Shown here in pieces: positions 39,154-50,630 of a DNA stretch of 64,000 nt; within the stretch, counting starts at the first letter, position 1, and each line of letters begins with the position of its first letter. Source of the stretch: Squalus acanthias (lineage: Eukaryota). The stretch lies in NCBI GenBank assembly GCA_030390025.1, contig CM059425.1, positions 166,410,001 to 166,474,000 of the forward strand, read 5' to 3'. The notes beneath the pieces are model-generated. The model was given only the letters and a program-made list of their open reading frames with translations. It was not told the DNA's origin and made no database searches. A program made the translations under genes and the position numbers.

Positions 39154-41177
39154 AGCTGCGATTTTGCTGACCTCGGGGGGTCCGTGGTGGGTGATGTCGG
39201 TAGTGCGTCCCGACCCCGCAGCTGTCTCCATCCCGGCCTCTGAAATGAATTTCCCGAGATTGGGCTTGTTATGCCCGCCCAGCGCATTTGCCAATCAATC
39301 ATGACGCGTCATCAACCAGTTTCCTTAAAGCAACCATGGCCAACTTTCTTTTGACATTTGTGCTGTCAGTGTTCTACAGCATTGAGGTGCTGCAAACACT
39401 GACAAGCACTGCACAGAGGTGCAGGGCTGCACCCAGGTTCTCCCGTGACTCCCTCCATATGCTTATGCAGGGAATCACAGCACGCAGGGAGGTCCTCTTC
39501 CCTTTCTATGGGCGGAAGAGACCTCCCCAGGAGATCAACACAGCCTGGTTGCACATTCCAGAGGAGGGCATAAGCAGGGATGTCATCAGGAGGACCTGGG
39601 TTCAGTGCCGCAAACATTTCCAAGATCTCAGTAGATCATGAAAAGTTAGTACAAAGCCACACTCAACCTCATCCTGCTGTGTCTCTCATCACATTCCCAT
39701 CACTCCGCCTTCCCTACCCTACTCCTGCACATCCTTACTCACACCAACTTACCTTGCACCTCCACCCATCCCTCTCTCTCTATCTACATTATCACATCCC
39801 CATCTCACTAGCCACCCCTCACACTCACCCTCATCCTAGTGCAATCATACTAACTAACAACACACAAGGATAGGCACTTGGGTGTTTTATGCAATGTTCA
39901 TTTAAAGTTTCTGTTAATGTGGTATCAAACATTGAAACCATTATTTTCAACACTTTGCATTCTTGTACAGATTTCTATGCACCTTTGGAAGTGGCTTAGT
40001 GAGTTGCAGTGAATGGTGAGACATAAAGGTACCCCCCGTAATGGTGATGAGTATGAAAGGAATGGCTTGGGCATTGCAGGGATGCTTTATGGGGTAGTGC
40101 CAACATAACATAAGAACACAAGAAATAGGAGCAGTAGTAGGCTATTTGGCCCTTCGAGCCTGCTCCGCCTTTAAATAAGATCATTGCTTGTCTACCATCA
40201 TACTTTTTAATGTCGTTTCCCAATCTACCTTAGCCAACTCGCCCCTCATACCTACGTAGTTTGCTTTGTTTAGATTTAAGACCCAAGTTTCGGATTTAAC
40301 TAAATCACTTTCAATCTCAATATAAAATTCTATCATATTATGGTCACTCTTCCCTAAAGGCCCCTTTACTACAAGGTTATTAATTAACCCTTTCCCAACC
40401 TGGCGCATCATGTGGCAGTGAAGGTGTACAGTGTCAAGTGAAGTAAATCTGGCCATGGTGCGGCCATCCCAGGCCTCCCGGGCAGCAATGTGTCCTGTGC
40501 AGCATCAGGTGATTGCGTAGAAGTTTGGTGATGTTGTTGTTGGTGCTACTGGTGTGCCTGGTGCTGCTGGTGTTGGGGCTAATGGTGGTGGGATTCTGAG
40601 GACCAAGGTGAGAGAGTATAAAGGGCACCCATGCTGATGGAATAGATGGCAGGTGAAGTAGAGATGACAGAAGCGATCTGTCAATGGTGAGGGAGGTAAT
40701 GAGGTCAGACTGGATGGAGACTTGTGCAAAGACTTACAGCATGGTGAATCTGTTGTGGAAATCCAGTTTGGAAGAGTTTGTGGCTGAGGGAAGATATCTC
40801 TGTAAGGTGGGAGCTTTTACTGTACATTTGAAGCTGTCAACTCAACAGCTGATTCAATGGCCACTGAACTCCCGCCTCAGCTTCACAGATGAGATCCACG
40901 ACCAGCGTGGACCCTGTGGGCGAGCTGTCAAATGCAGAATGTGAGCTGAAATTCATTCTTAAGTGGCTCTAAACAAGCCACTAATTACCTGAATTGGGTC
41001 CCCCGCTGTGAAACCGCTGCTGCGTGTCGGGTCTGCTCAGCGCTGACAGACCCGACATCGGGGAAAGGTGCGTGGTGGCGGGTTCACAGCGGTGTCCCAA
41101 CCTGCTGGGGAAAAAAAACATTTTCCCACCCGACCCGCCACCGATCGCACCCGCTGACCCCCCGGCAAATCCAGCCC
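39154..41177 (-). mobile_element. Non-autonomous Harbinger retaining Myb exon 1 (family D), with a CR1 fragment at 40105-40394
   Basis: Right terminus AAATCCAGCCC with AAT/AAC flanks. Encodes RCRAAPRFSRDSL...RRTWVQCRKHFQDL. Reverse-complement homologue of 48858-50630. Confidence 0.82.
40105..40394 (-). mobile_element. Short CR1 insertion: endonuclease fragment fused to the 3' tail
   Basis: (CATAAGAA)-type tail plus PLGKSDHNMIEF, flanked by a CCAAC duplication (40100-40104 / 40395-40399). Confidence 0.75.
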
Positions 41178-41928
41178 AATGGCTTTGGTCTTCCCAATAT
41201 TTAGTTGGAGGAAATTTCTGCTCATCCAATTAGAGACAGTGGAGGGGTCAAGAGAGGTGGTGATGAGGTAGAGCTGAGTGTCATCACCGTACGTGTGGGA
41301 ACTGACGCTGTGTTTTCGCATGATGACGCCGAGGGGCAGCATGCAGATGAGAAATAGGAGGGGACAAGTGTAGATCCTTGAGGGACACCAGAGGGAACGG
41401 TGCGGGAGTGGGAAGAGAAGCCATTGCAGGTGATTCTCTGGCTACGACTGGATAGATAAGAATGGAGCCAGGTGAGTGCAGTCCCACCCAGCTGGACCAA
41501 CGGTGTAGAGGTGTTGGAGGAGGATGGAGTGGTCAACTGTGATAAAGGCTGCGGACAGTTTGTGAAGAACGAGGAGGGATAGTTTACTGCTGTCTCAGTC
41601 ACATAGCATGTCACTTGTGCCAATGTGTTTATACAGATTGATTCAACATAATAATACAGTATCAGTTTGGACCAAATGGTGGAACTGTAATCTAAATGTG
41701 GAGGAAAAGAAGCACTGAAAGGCAATTTCATTATTTAGCCATTGGACAGTTTCTTAATCATCTCAGTAAATAAACGCTGCTGGCAATTTTCTTTACCAGC
41801 TTAGTTATGTGCAATTTAAACTTTGACGTGCTATCTAGTTATGCTTACAGTTATCTTGCCTCTGTAACATTATGAATTTAATAGATGCCAACTGAAATAT
41901 TTAAAATACCAGCTTTGATTAGCTTTCT

Positions 41929-42590
41929 CAATACAAAAGCAAAATACTGCGGATGTTGGAAATCTGAAATAAAAACAGAAAATGCTGGAAATACTCAGCA
42001 GGTCAGGCAGCACCTGTGGAGAGAGAAACAGAGTTAACGTTTCAGGTCGATGACCCTTCGTCAGAACTGGAAAAAGTTGGAGATGTAACAGATTTTTAAG
42101 CAAGTGTAGGGACAGGGAGAGGGGGGAGGGGAGGAAAGAACAAAAGGGAAGGTCTGTGATAGGATGGAAGGCAGGAGAGATTAAGAGACAACAGGGATGA
42201 TGGTGCAAGGTAAAAGGAGATAGTAATGGGACAAGTTAAGAAACAAAAGATGACTCTAGATGAGGTGTGAATGGCAATGGCAGGATGATCAACAGCTGCC
42301 AGGTGAGAGAGAGAAAAAAAATCATAGGGGCAGAGGAGATGATCTGAAATTGTTGAACTCGATGTTGAGTCCCGAAGGCTGTAAAGTGCCTAATCGAAAG
42401 ATGAGGTGCTGTTCCTTGAGCTTACATTCAGCTTCATTGGAACAGTGTAAGAAGCCGAGGCCGGAGAGGTCAGAGTGGGAGTGGAGCGGAGAATTAAAGT
42501 GACAGGCTACCGGAAGCTCGGGGTCACCCTTATGGACTGAACGGAGGTGTTCCGCAAAGCGGTCACCCAATCTGCGTTTGGTCTCCCCAA
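41929..42590 (-). mobile_element. Penelope-like element family 2, 5'-truncated (GIY-YIG C-terminus plus 3'UTR)
   Basis: GDRFAEHLRSV...PVACHFNS..HS...EQHLIFRLGTLQPSGLNIEF. TSD TTGATTA(G/A)CTTTCT at 41915-41928 / 42591-42604. Confidence 0.85.
42032..42068 (-). ncRNA. Minimal hammerhead ribozyme motif (PLE family 2)
   Basis: Minus strand reads AGTT-CTGACGA-A-GGGTC-ATC-GACCT-GAAA-CG-TT-AACT: conserved core, helix I AGTT/AACT, helix II and palindromic AACGTT. Confidence 0.8.
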
Positions 42591-44269
42591 TTGATTAACT
42601 TTCTATGTAAAATAAAGCACTTTTTCCCCGCCAATGTTTCTTCTGAATTTTCTGCCCTTACCCCTTCTCTCCTGAAGGCAATGACTCATGCTGGGATATG
42701 ATTCCATGTACACTGGAAACCCCTTGGTACCTTGCCCAGGTGACATTCTTCATACGTGAAGCAGGATAGTGAGCGTCACCAGATTATTTAACTGGATTGG
42801 TCATGTTGCAGCTAAACCTGAGTGTATCCTCACATATTCCAGCCAGGGGTTACCAGCTAGTAATCAGGAACTGGAAACCTAACACTTTTTATTCTCCTCT
42901 CTAATCCAGGGTGCTATGACCAATTGCAGCACCCCTTTACCATCCGAGGTGAAAGTGACTAACTTAGCATAGACCGTGGCTCAGTACTCAGAGACGGCTC
43001 ATCAAGTGATGCAAGTGAGGCACTGCCTTGTCTAGAATTTTGGATGGGTGCGCACAAGAGCTTTTGGCATGTAAGAGCCTTGGCTCTGGCCCTAGGTCTG
43101 GTTTAATAATGTGGAGCAGACAGAGCAGGTCATGGGCAATGGACAGTGCAGTGGAGGATGCTATTTTTAAAAACGGCAGCCCCTTCCTGTGCAGGCCAGC
43201 AACGGCAGCAATAAAATCGGCAGCTTCAGCAATCGGAGGTGGAGAAGCGCAGGGCCGACTGCCTGGATAAGAACTGACCATCCACAACCAAATATCCCAT
43301 TCCGACTACTAGCAGCCTGCAGCACCACTGGGATTCAGACATAATGAACAGGACGTCCAAGTAATAAATAAATTAGATCTGTCTGCCCACGGTTAAGGGC
43401 TGGCCCTAAGAAATAAATCTGACTTAAAAATCTGGGCAGCAGGTTGCCTATATTGAATACACTGTGAATAAAAAGCACTGTTTTTGAAAAATGCACACAA
43501 GGGCTTCCTGTTATGTAGTCATCTTCATTGTAGCTTCAGATTCTTGCTTTGTTGGAGATGTAGCTTTAATAACACCAACCAGCCTACATGACCCTAGATA
43601 TACAGAGCTAAACGGAATCAGCAGGATATAAATGACTGGTAAATCAGGAAATACAGCTTACAGGGTTGATACTGGGATTTCACAGTAAGGCCCGGTTGCC
43701 ATGGTAACATGTATGGTAGGTTAGATATGTACACCTGTGCCTCACCTGTCATAAAGGTCACTATCCACTACTGTCAATACCATACCTCACAGTGCAGGTA
43801 CCACTGAGCCAATCTGGGAATCATTAAGCTAATCATTCTTACATTCCATTGGATGAATTAATTAACATTGGCTGTAAATTCCAATTAAATTGTGCAGATT
43901 CTCATGATTGTTTGTTGTTCGAAAATGTTGCTGGGTTACTAAACCATGAAACCTTAGTGCTCACACACAGGACAATTGGAGTCCTTAGCTTTGACATGCA
44001 GGTAATCATTAATAAATAATAAAATTAATAGTTACACCAAATTTGAACTCTGATGAAGCCTAACTGTCAGAAGTTGGAGTTCTGCTTCATAACCATTAAA
44101 ATGACCTTCAGAGAAGTAGGATCTAATTCAACGATCTGTGAATAGTAAAATGTTAAGAACATAAGTTACAATGATTCATATTCTCAAAAGCTTTTTAATA
44201 CCTAAAAATATCTCTCTGAATTCATCAAAGATTCTTTGTCAAGAGATAAATATTTATATTCAAGACATA

Positions 44270-45162
44270 GGGGTAAAAATTCACTTGGTTGCGCCACCCA
44301 TTAGCGCCTTAAGTGGGCGCTAATGGGGCGCAAAGCCGCTAACGCCCGGGCGCAGCGATGTTTGCGCCGCTCGAGAACTTAACTTGAGATTGTGCGGCGG
44401 CGCTAAAACTTACCGCTGCGACCACCTGCGCGCGCAGATTGTGACGTCATTCCATGGTGCAACGCCCTTGGGGCGCCCCGTAGCGGAAATTGAGTGGCGC
44501 CCCCTGCCTTACCGCCTGGCGCTTCCAACGACCAGAAGACTGGAACGCTATCAATCGCTGTGGGGCTGGGGGGGGCGCTATTTAAAGGGGGCCTCTTCCT
44601 GTCTTTTATTGTTGGTGGCATTTTTGAACTACGCATTCTGAGAGAGAGAGGGAGAGACTTCTGGAGAGATTCAACGTTGTGTGAAGGAGTTTTCGGTACT
44701 GAGCAGCACTTTGCAGGTTCATTTTGATTTGCCATTCCTTGTATCGATTTAGCAGAGACCGTGGGAGCTGCACACTGAGCTCTTTGCCTGGTGCTCTCCA
44801 TTGTTCTTTCCAGCACATTTGATGTGCAAGTCTCTCCAGGCCGAGATTCAAGGCAGCAATGAACAGGAGGTGGATGGAAAGCAAGATTAACCATCCCCTT
44901 TAAGAACTGGCCCGTGCCATTGTGTGTGTGTTCCATTGCTGACTGACATTACATGAGCTTCGCCAGCGCTCCGAGTTAGCGCCTCACTGCTCGGCCTTTG
45001 CGCCTTAAGAGAGGTGTGCAGCGCCTGCTTTAGCGCTCCACTCACCTCCCGGGGCGGTAAAAGTGAAGTTTCCCGTCAGTGCCGATAATTAGCGCCAGGC
45101 GCTAATATTTGCGTCCGGACGATATTTGCGCCCCAAATGGGGCGCGACCTAATTTCTACCCC
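44270..45162 (+). mobile_element. Non-autonomous Harbinger MITE, 893 bp (same subfamily as 16298-17190)
   Basis: GGGGTAAAAATT...AATTTCTACCCC termini with ATA TSD. Confidence 0.92.
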
Positions 45163-45608
45163 ATACTGTTCAGGTGCCATTGTACATGCAAGCATGAGAA
45201 TTTTAAAATCGAGGCGTTGGTGGATCAGGAGCCAATGTAGGTCAGACGAGCATATTTAGGGCCATATTATAATTTCTCTAGATTATGTTAATTTATATCA
45301 AGAGGTATTGATACCAACTTAGTAATATTTTCCTGGCAGCAATCACAATTAGTTTCACCAGATGAGTTTATTGTGATTCGCAACATAATCACACCGATAG
45401 GAAAACAATATATTTTAAATGTGTTGATTAGATTTTGTTCAATCCAATTTATAGTCACAGAGGAGTAATATTTCAAACTTAGTATTTAATGAAGTGAATT
45501 AAGTGACTAAAATGATCGTAGAATTAATTTGATGGATTAAAGGGCTAATATATACCAAAATGAGAAGTTGCACAACACCAGGTTATAGTCCAACAGATTT
45601 ATTTAAAA

Positions 45609-45646
45609 TTACAAGCTTTCGGAGCTGTCGCCCCTTCGTCAGGCAA
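45609..45646 (-). ncRNA. Minimal hammerhead ribozyme motif (PLE family 1, inverted arm)
   Basis: Reverse complement of 47719-47756. Confidence 0.78.
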
Positions 45647-46511
45647 AGTTACTGTGAGAGAATCTATCAGAATTCACAGAATATAAAAACACAGAGAAAA
45701 TGCATAGATTAAATCTTTCCCTACATCAAAGACACACTAAGAGCACAGCCAAGACAATGAGATGTGTCCCAGGGGGTCCAACGCGTCAGAACACCTGCTG
45801 GCTGCATATCCTCACCATTTTTTGTGTTTGTTTCTTGTGTTTGTTTTTTTTTTTAAAACTGGAAAGACCGGCAACGATGTCAAGTCACGTTCTATAGCGT
45901 GACATGAACCCGATGTCCCGATTGAGGCCGTCCTCATGAGTGCGGAACTTGGCTATCAGTTTCTGCTCGATGATTTTGCGTTGTCGTGTATCACGAAGGC
46001 CGCCTTGGAGAATGCTAACCCACAGATCCGAGGCTGAATGCCCTTGACTGCTGAAGTGTTCCCCGACTGGGAGGCAACCATCCTGTTTGGCGATTGTTGC
46101 GCGGTGTCCGTTCATACGTTGTCTCAGTGTCTGCATGGTCTCGCCGATGTACCATGCTCTGGGGCATCCTTTACTGCAACGTATCAGGTAGACAACGTTG
46201 GCCGAGTCACATGAGTATGTACCATGTACCTGGTGGGTAGTGTCCTCACGTGTGATGACGGTATCTGTGTTCATGATCTGGCATGTCTTGCAGAGGTTGC
46301 CGTGGCAGGGTTGTGTGGTGTCGTGGTCGCTGTTCTCCTGACAGCTGGGTAATTTGCTGCGAACGATGGTACTTTTGAGGTTAGGCGGCTGCTTGAAGGC
46401 GAGTAGTGGAGGCGTGGGGATGGCCTTAGTAAGGTGTTCATCGTCATCGATGACATGTTGAAGGCTGCGAAGAACATGGCGTAGTTTCTCCGCTCCGGGG
46501 AAGTACTGGAC

Positions 46512-47480
46512 TCCTCAGAATCGGTTTCATTCTTGGACACACGAATCTCCATCAAAGATGGACGCCTCAGCACTTCACTCTACCGCAAGCCCACGGACAA
46601 CCTCACGATGCTCCACTTCTCCAGCTTCCACCCTAACCACGTTAAAGAAGCCATCCCCTATGGACAAGCCCTGCGAATACACAGGATCTGCTCAGACGAG
46701 GAGGAACGCGATGGACACCTACGGACACTGAAAGACGCCCTGGGATATGACGCTCGACTCGTCGATCGACAGTTCCGAAGGGCCACAGCGAAAAACCGCA
46801 CAGACCTCCTCAGAAGACGAACACGGGACACAACCAACAGAGTACCCTATGTCGTCCAGTACTTCCCCGGAGCGGAGAAACTACGCCATGTTCTTCGCAG
46901 CCTTCAACATGTCATCGATGACGACGAACACCTTACTAAGGCCATCCCCACGCCTCCACTACTCGCCTTCAAGCAGCCGCCTAACCTCAAAAGTACCATC
47001 GTTCGCAGCAAATTACCCAGCTGTCAGGAGAACAGCGACCACGACACCACACAACCCTGCCACGGCAACCTCTGCAAGACATGCCAGATCATGAACACAG
47101 ATACCGTCATCACACGTGAGGACACTACCCACCAGGTACATGGTACATACTCATGTGACTCGGCCAACGTTGTCTACCTGATACGTTGCAGTAAAGGATG
47201 CCCCAGAGCATGGTACATCGGCAAGACCATGCAGACACTGAGACAACGTATGAACGGACACCGCGCAACAATCGCCAAGCAGGATGGTTGCCTCCCAGTC
47301 GGGGAACACTTCAGCAGTCAAGGGCATTCAGCCTCGGATCTGCGGGTTAGCGTTCTCCAAGGCGGCCTTCGTGATACACGACAACGCAAAATCATCGAGC
47401 AGAAACTGATAGCCAAGTTCCGCACTCATGAGGACGGCCTCAATCGGGACATCGGGTTCATGTCACGCTATAGAACGTGA
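46512..47480 (+). CDS. 5'-truncated PLE polyprotein: RT thumb, Cys-rich linker and GIY-YIG endonuclease
   Basis: FLDTRISI, LYRKPTD, SSFHP..IPYGQALRIHRICS, PCHGNLCKTC, VVYLIRC..C..WYIGKT, RMNGHR, VGEHF..HS and E..GLN. Confidence 0.88.
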   Translation, partial: SSESVSFLDTRISIKDGRLSTSLYRKPTDNLTMLHFSSFHPNHVKEAIPYGQALRIHRICSDEEERDGHLRTLKDALGYDARLVDRQFRRATAKNRTDLLRRRTRDTTNRVPYVVQYFPGAEKLRHVLRSLQHVIDDDEHLTKAIPTPPLLAFKQPPNLKSTIVRSKLPSCQENSDHDTTQPCHGNLCKTCQIMNTDTVITREDTTHQVHGTYSCDSANVVYLIRCSKGCPRAWYIGKTMQTLRQRMNGHRATIAKQDGCLPVGEHFSSQGHSASDLRVSVLQGGLRDTRQRKIIEQKLIAKFRTHEDGLNRDIGFMSRYRT

Positions 47481-47718
47481 CTTGACATCGTTGCCGGTCT
47501 TTCCAGTTTTTAAAAAAAAAACAAACACAAGAAACAAACACAAAAAATGGTGAGTATATGCAGCCAGCAGGTGTTCTGATGCGTTGGACCCCCTGGGACA
47601 CATCTCATTGTCTTGGCTGTGCTTTTAGTGTGTCTTTGATGTAGGGAAAGATTTAATCTATGCATTTTCTCTGTGTTTTTATATTCTGTGAATTCTGATA
47701 GATTCTCTCACAGTAACT

Positions 47719-47756
47719 TTGCCTGACGAAGGGGCGACAGCTCCGAAAGCTTGTAA
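47719..47756 (+). ncRNA. Minimal hammerhead ribozyme motif (PLE family 1)
   Basis: TTGC-CTGACGA-A-GGGGC-GACA-GCTCC-GAAA-GC-TT-GTAA: core, helix II, palindromic AAGCTT and short helix I. Confidence 0.78.
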
Positions 47757-48272
47757 TTTTAAATAAATCTGTTGGACTATAACCTGGTGTTGTGCGACTT
47801 CTCATTTTTGTCCACCCCAGTCCAACGCCGGCATCTCCGCATCATAATATATACCAAGCAGCAGAGGTAAACACTGTACAAGTATAAAAGAAACAGACTT
47901 TCAAGACTATATTGGTTAACATCAAGTAGATGATGATTTAGTTTGTCGTGACATAAATGGCAACACCAGCCTCCTGCTGATTCCTTTTAGCTCTGTATTT
48001 CTAGGGTCATGTAGGCTGGTGATAGTGTTATTAAAGCTACATCTCCAACAAAGCAAGAATTTGAAGCTACAATGAAGATGACAAAATGAACACCAGAACA
48101 CCACATCCATTTTGTTAATGAGACTTCTTGGCAGGGTGGTATGATCGCACATTCTATTGGAGCTCCAATGCCACAAAGAGATTATGATGCGGAGATGCCG
48201 GTGTTGGACTGGGGTGGACAAAAGTGAGAAGTCGCACAACACCAGGTTATAGTCCAACAGTTTTATTTGAAA

Positions 48273-48310
48273 TCACAAGCTTTCGGAGCTGCTGCCCCTT
48301 CGTCAGGTGA
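48273..48310 (-). ncRNA. Minimal hammerhead ribozyme motif
   Basis: Reverse complement of 48482-48519. Confidence 0.78.
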
Positions 48311-48481
48311 AGTAAAGGAATACGAATCGACAAAGCATATATAGATAGAGAACAATGCATGTGTAGCGTACAATGTCAGACGACTACATTTAGGAGGATT
48401 AAATATAGTCGTCAGACATTGTACGCTACACATGTATTGTTCTCTATCTATATATGCTTTGTCGATTCGTATTCCTTTACT

Positions 48482-48519
48482 TCACCTGACGAAGGGGCAG
48501 CAGCTCCGAAAGCTTGTGA
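48482..48519 (+). ncRNA. Minimal hammerhead ribozyme motif
   Basis: TCAC-CTGACGA-A-GGGGC-AGCA-GCTCC-GAAA-GC-TT-GTGA, with helix I TCAC/GTGA. Confidence 0.8.
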
Positions 48520-48857
48520 TTTCAAATAAAACTGTTGGACTATAACCTGGTGTTGTGCGACTTCTCACAAAGAGATTAGAAACAGGTCTGTGTTCACAAT
48601 TCTGCACAGGGTGAATTCCTGTTCTCAGCCATGTGATTATGCGGAGGTGCCGAGTGGGGACTGGATGCATCTTTACTGGGAGGAAGAGACATAAGGAGGA
48701 GAGTCACCTGACCTGTTTTTACAGAGATCTTAGCACCTGGTAATCAAACAATTATTGGCAGATACCTGTGAGCATGTTACCTACCTGCTCCCTCAGTGGC
48801 GAATGACATGTAGCATAGAGTGATAGAATGGGGAGTTACCGAGAGTGCTGAAACTAA

Positions 48858-50630
48858 GGGCTAGATTTTGCGGGGGGCCAGCGGGCACGATCGGTGGCAG
48901 GTAGGGAGGGAAAGTGTTTTTTTCCCCAGCGGGTTGGGACTCCGCTGTGAACATGCCGCCACCCACCTTTACCAAATGTCGGGTCTGTCAGCGCTGAGCA
49001 GACCCAATACACAGCGGCGGGGGAGGCAATTAAAATCATTAGTGGCTTGTTTACAGCCACTTAACAATGGTTTTATCCCAGCTTTTTGGATTTGACAGGC
49101 CATCCAGCGGTTTCCCGCTGTGCCTAGACTTCTTCTGTGAAGCTGAGGTGGGAGAATCAGCTGATGAATTGACAGCTTCAAATGTCATGTCAAAGCCCTC
49201 AGCTGATTGAGAAATGTTCCCTGAACCATTAGCTTCTCTAAACTGCATTTCCAGTACAGATTCAGGATGCTGCAAGTCTTTACACAAGTCTCCATCTAGC
49301 CTGGCTTCATTATCTCTCCCACCATTGACAGATCGCTTCTGTCATCTCTACTTCACCTGCCATCTATTCCATCAGCATGGGTGCCCTTGAAACTCTCTCA
49401 CCTTGCTCCTCAGAATCCCACCACAATCAGCCCCAAAACCAGCATCACTAGGCACACCAGCAGCACCAGGTACACCAGCAGCACCAACAACAACACCATC
49501 CTTCTCCGCAATCAACTGATACTGCACAGGACACAGGGCATCAGCACCCGACCACATTGCTGCCCGGGAGGCCAGGGATGGCCTCACCATGGCCAGATTT
49601 ACTTCACTTGATGCTATATACCCTGGCTGCCACATGATGCGCCAGGTTGGCAGCACCCCACAACAACACCATAAAGCATCCCTACAATGCCCAAGCCATT
49701 CCTTTCACACTCATCACCATTGTGAGGGGTACCGTTATGTCTCACCATTCACGGCAACTTACTAAGCCATTTCCAAAGGTGCACACAAATCTGTCCAAGA
49801 TTGCAAAGTGTTCAAAATTAAGGTTCAATGTTTGACACCACATTAACAGAAACTTTACATGAACATTGCATAAAACACCCAAGTGCCTACCCTTGTGTGT
49901 TGTTAGTTGGTATGATTGCACAAGGATGAGGGCGAGTGTGAGGGGTGGCTAGTGAGATGGGGATGTGATAATGTAGATAGAGAGGGATGGGTGGAGGTGC
50001 AAGGTATGTTGGTGTGAGTAAGGATGTGCAGGAGCAGGGTCGGGAAGGCAGAGTGAAGGGGATGTGATGAGAGGCACAGCAGGATGCAGTTGAATGTGGC
50101 TTTGTACTAACGTTTCGTGATCTAATGAGATAATTGAAACATTTGCGGCACTGCATCCAGGTCCTCCTGACCACATCCCTGCTTGTACCCTCCTCTGCAA
50201 TGTGCAACCAGGCTGTGTTGGTCTCCTGGGGAGATCTCTTCTGCCCTTGGAAGAGAAGAGAACCTCCCTGCGTGCTGTGACTCCCTCCATAAGCATATGG
50301 AGGAAGTCATGGGAGAGCCTGGGTGCAACCCTACACCTCTGTGCAGTCATTGTCAGTGTTTGCAGCACCTCAATGCTGTAGAACACTGACAGCACAAATG
50401 ACAAAAGAAAGTTGGCCATAGTCTCTTTAAGGTAACCGGCTGATGACGCGTCATCAAATGACATCACCAGAACCGCTTCATCTAATTGGCTGGCAAACAC
50501 GCTGGGCGGGCTTAACAAGCCCAATCACGGTAAATTCATTACAGAGGCCGGGAGGAAGACAGCAGCAAGGTCGGGACCTGCCACCGACATCGCCCACCAC
50601 GGACCCGCCGAGGTTTGTAAAATCCAGCCC
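48858..50630 (+). mobile_element. Non-autonomous Harbinger (family D), 1773 bp: Myb exon 1 kept, transposase core deleted
   Basis: GGGCTAGATTTT...AAAATCCAGCCC termini with TAA TSD. An MGAL start (~49377) is followed within ~200 bp by an AAREARDGLTMARF C-terminus, and the Myb exon lies on - (RRTWMQCRKCFNYL). Confidence 0.85.

Larger units (their letters stand above)
38362..41620 (-). mobile_element. L2 LINE 3' portion, split by a Harbinger derivative at 39154-41177
   Basis: [35 protein letters not shown] and SGVPQGS motifs. Homologous to 58332-64000. Confidence 0.85.
45559..47844 (+). mobile_element. Penelope-like element family 1 (Neptune-type), fold-back insertion: 955-bp inverted arms (45557-46511 / 46854-47808), 342-bp spacer, ~36-nt single-copy 3' tail
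   Basis: 13-bp TSD TAATATATACCAA (45546-45558 / 47845-47857). The GIY-YIG coding sequence is present on both strands. Confidence 0.92.
43518..48082. repeat. ~110-bp inverted repeat pair (43518-43626 / 47972-48082)
   Basis: GTCATCTTCATTGTAGCTTCAGATTCTTGCTTTGTTGGAGATGTAGC...GAATCAGCAGGA is the reverse complement of 47972-48082, with few differences. Confidence 0.85.
48185..48565 (-). mobile_element. 381-bp non-coding fold-back PLE (family 1 3' end): 169-bp arms with a 7-nt loop
   Basis: 13-bp TSD CACAAAGAGATTA (48172-48184 / 48566-48578). Arms 48224-48392 and 48400-48568 differ at about 3 positions, and the tail matches 47809-47844. Confidence 0.9.

Noticed and set aside
47922..48170. Minus-strand RNTELKGISRRL, reminiscent of an odorant-receptor C-terminus
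   Set aside because: There is no upstream transmembrane or NP.IY motif, and the region looks more like an old LINE relic.
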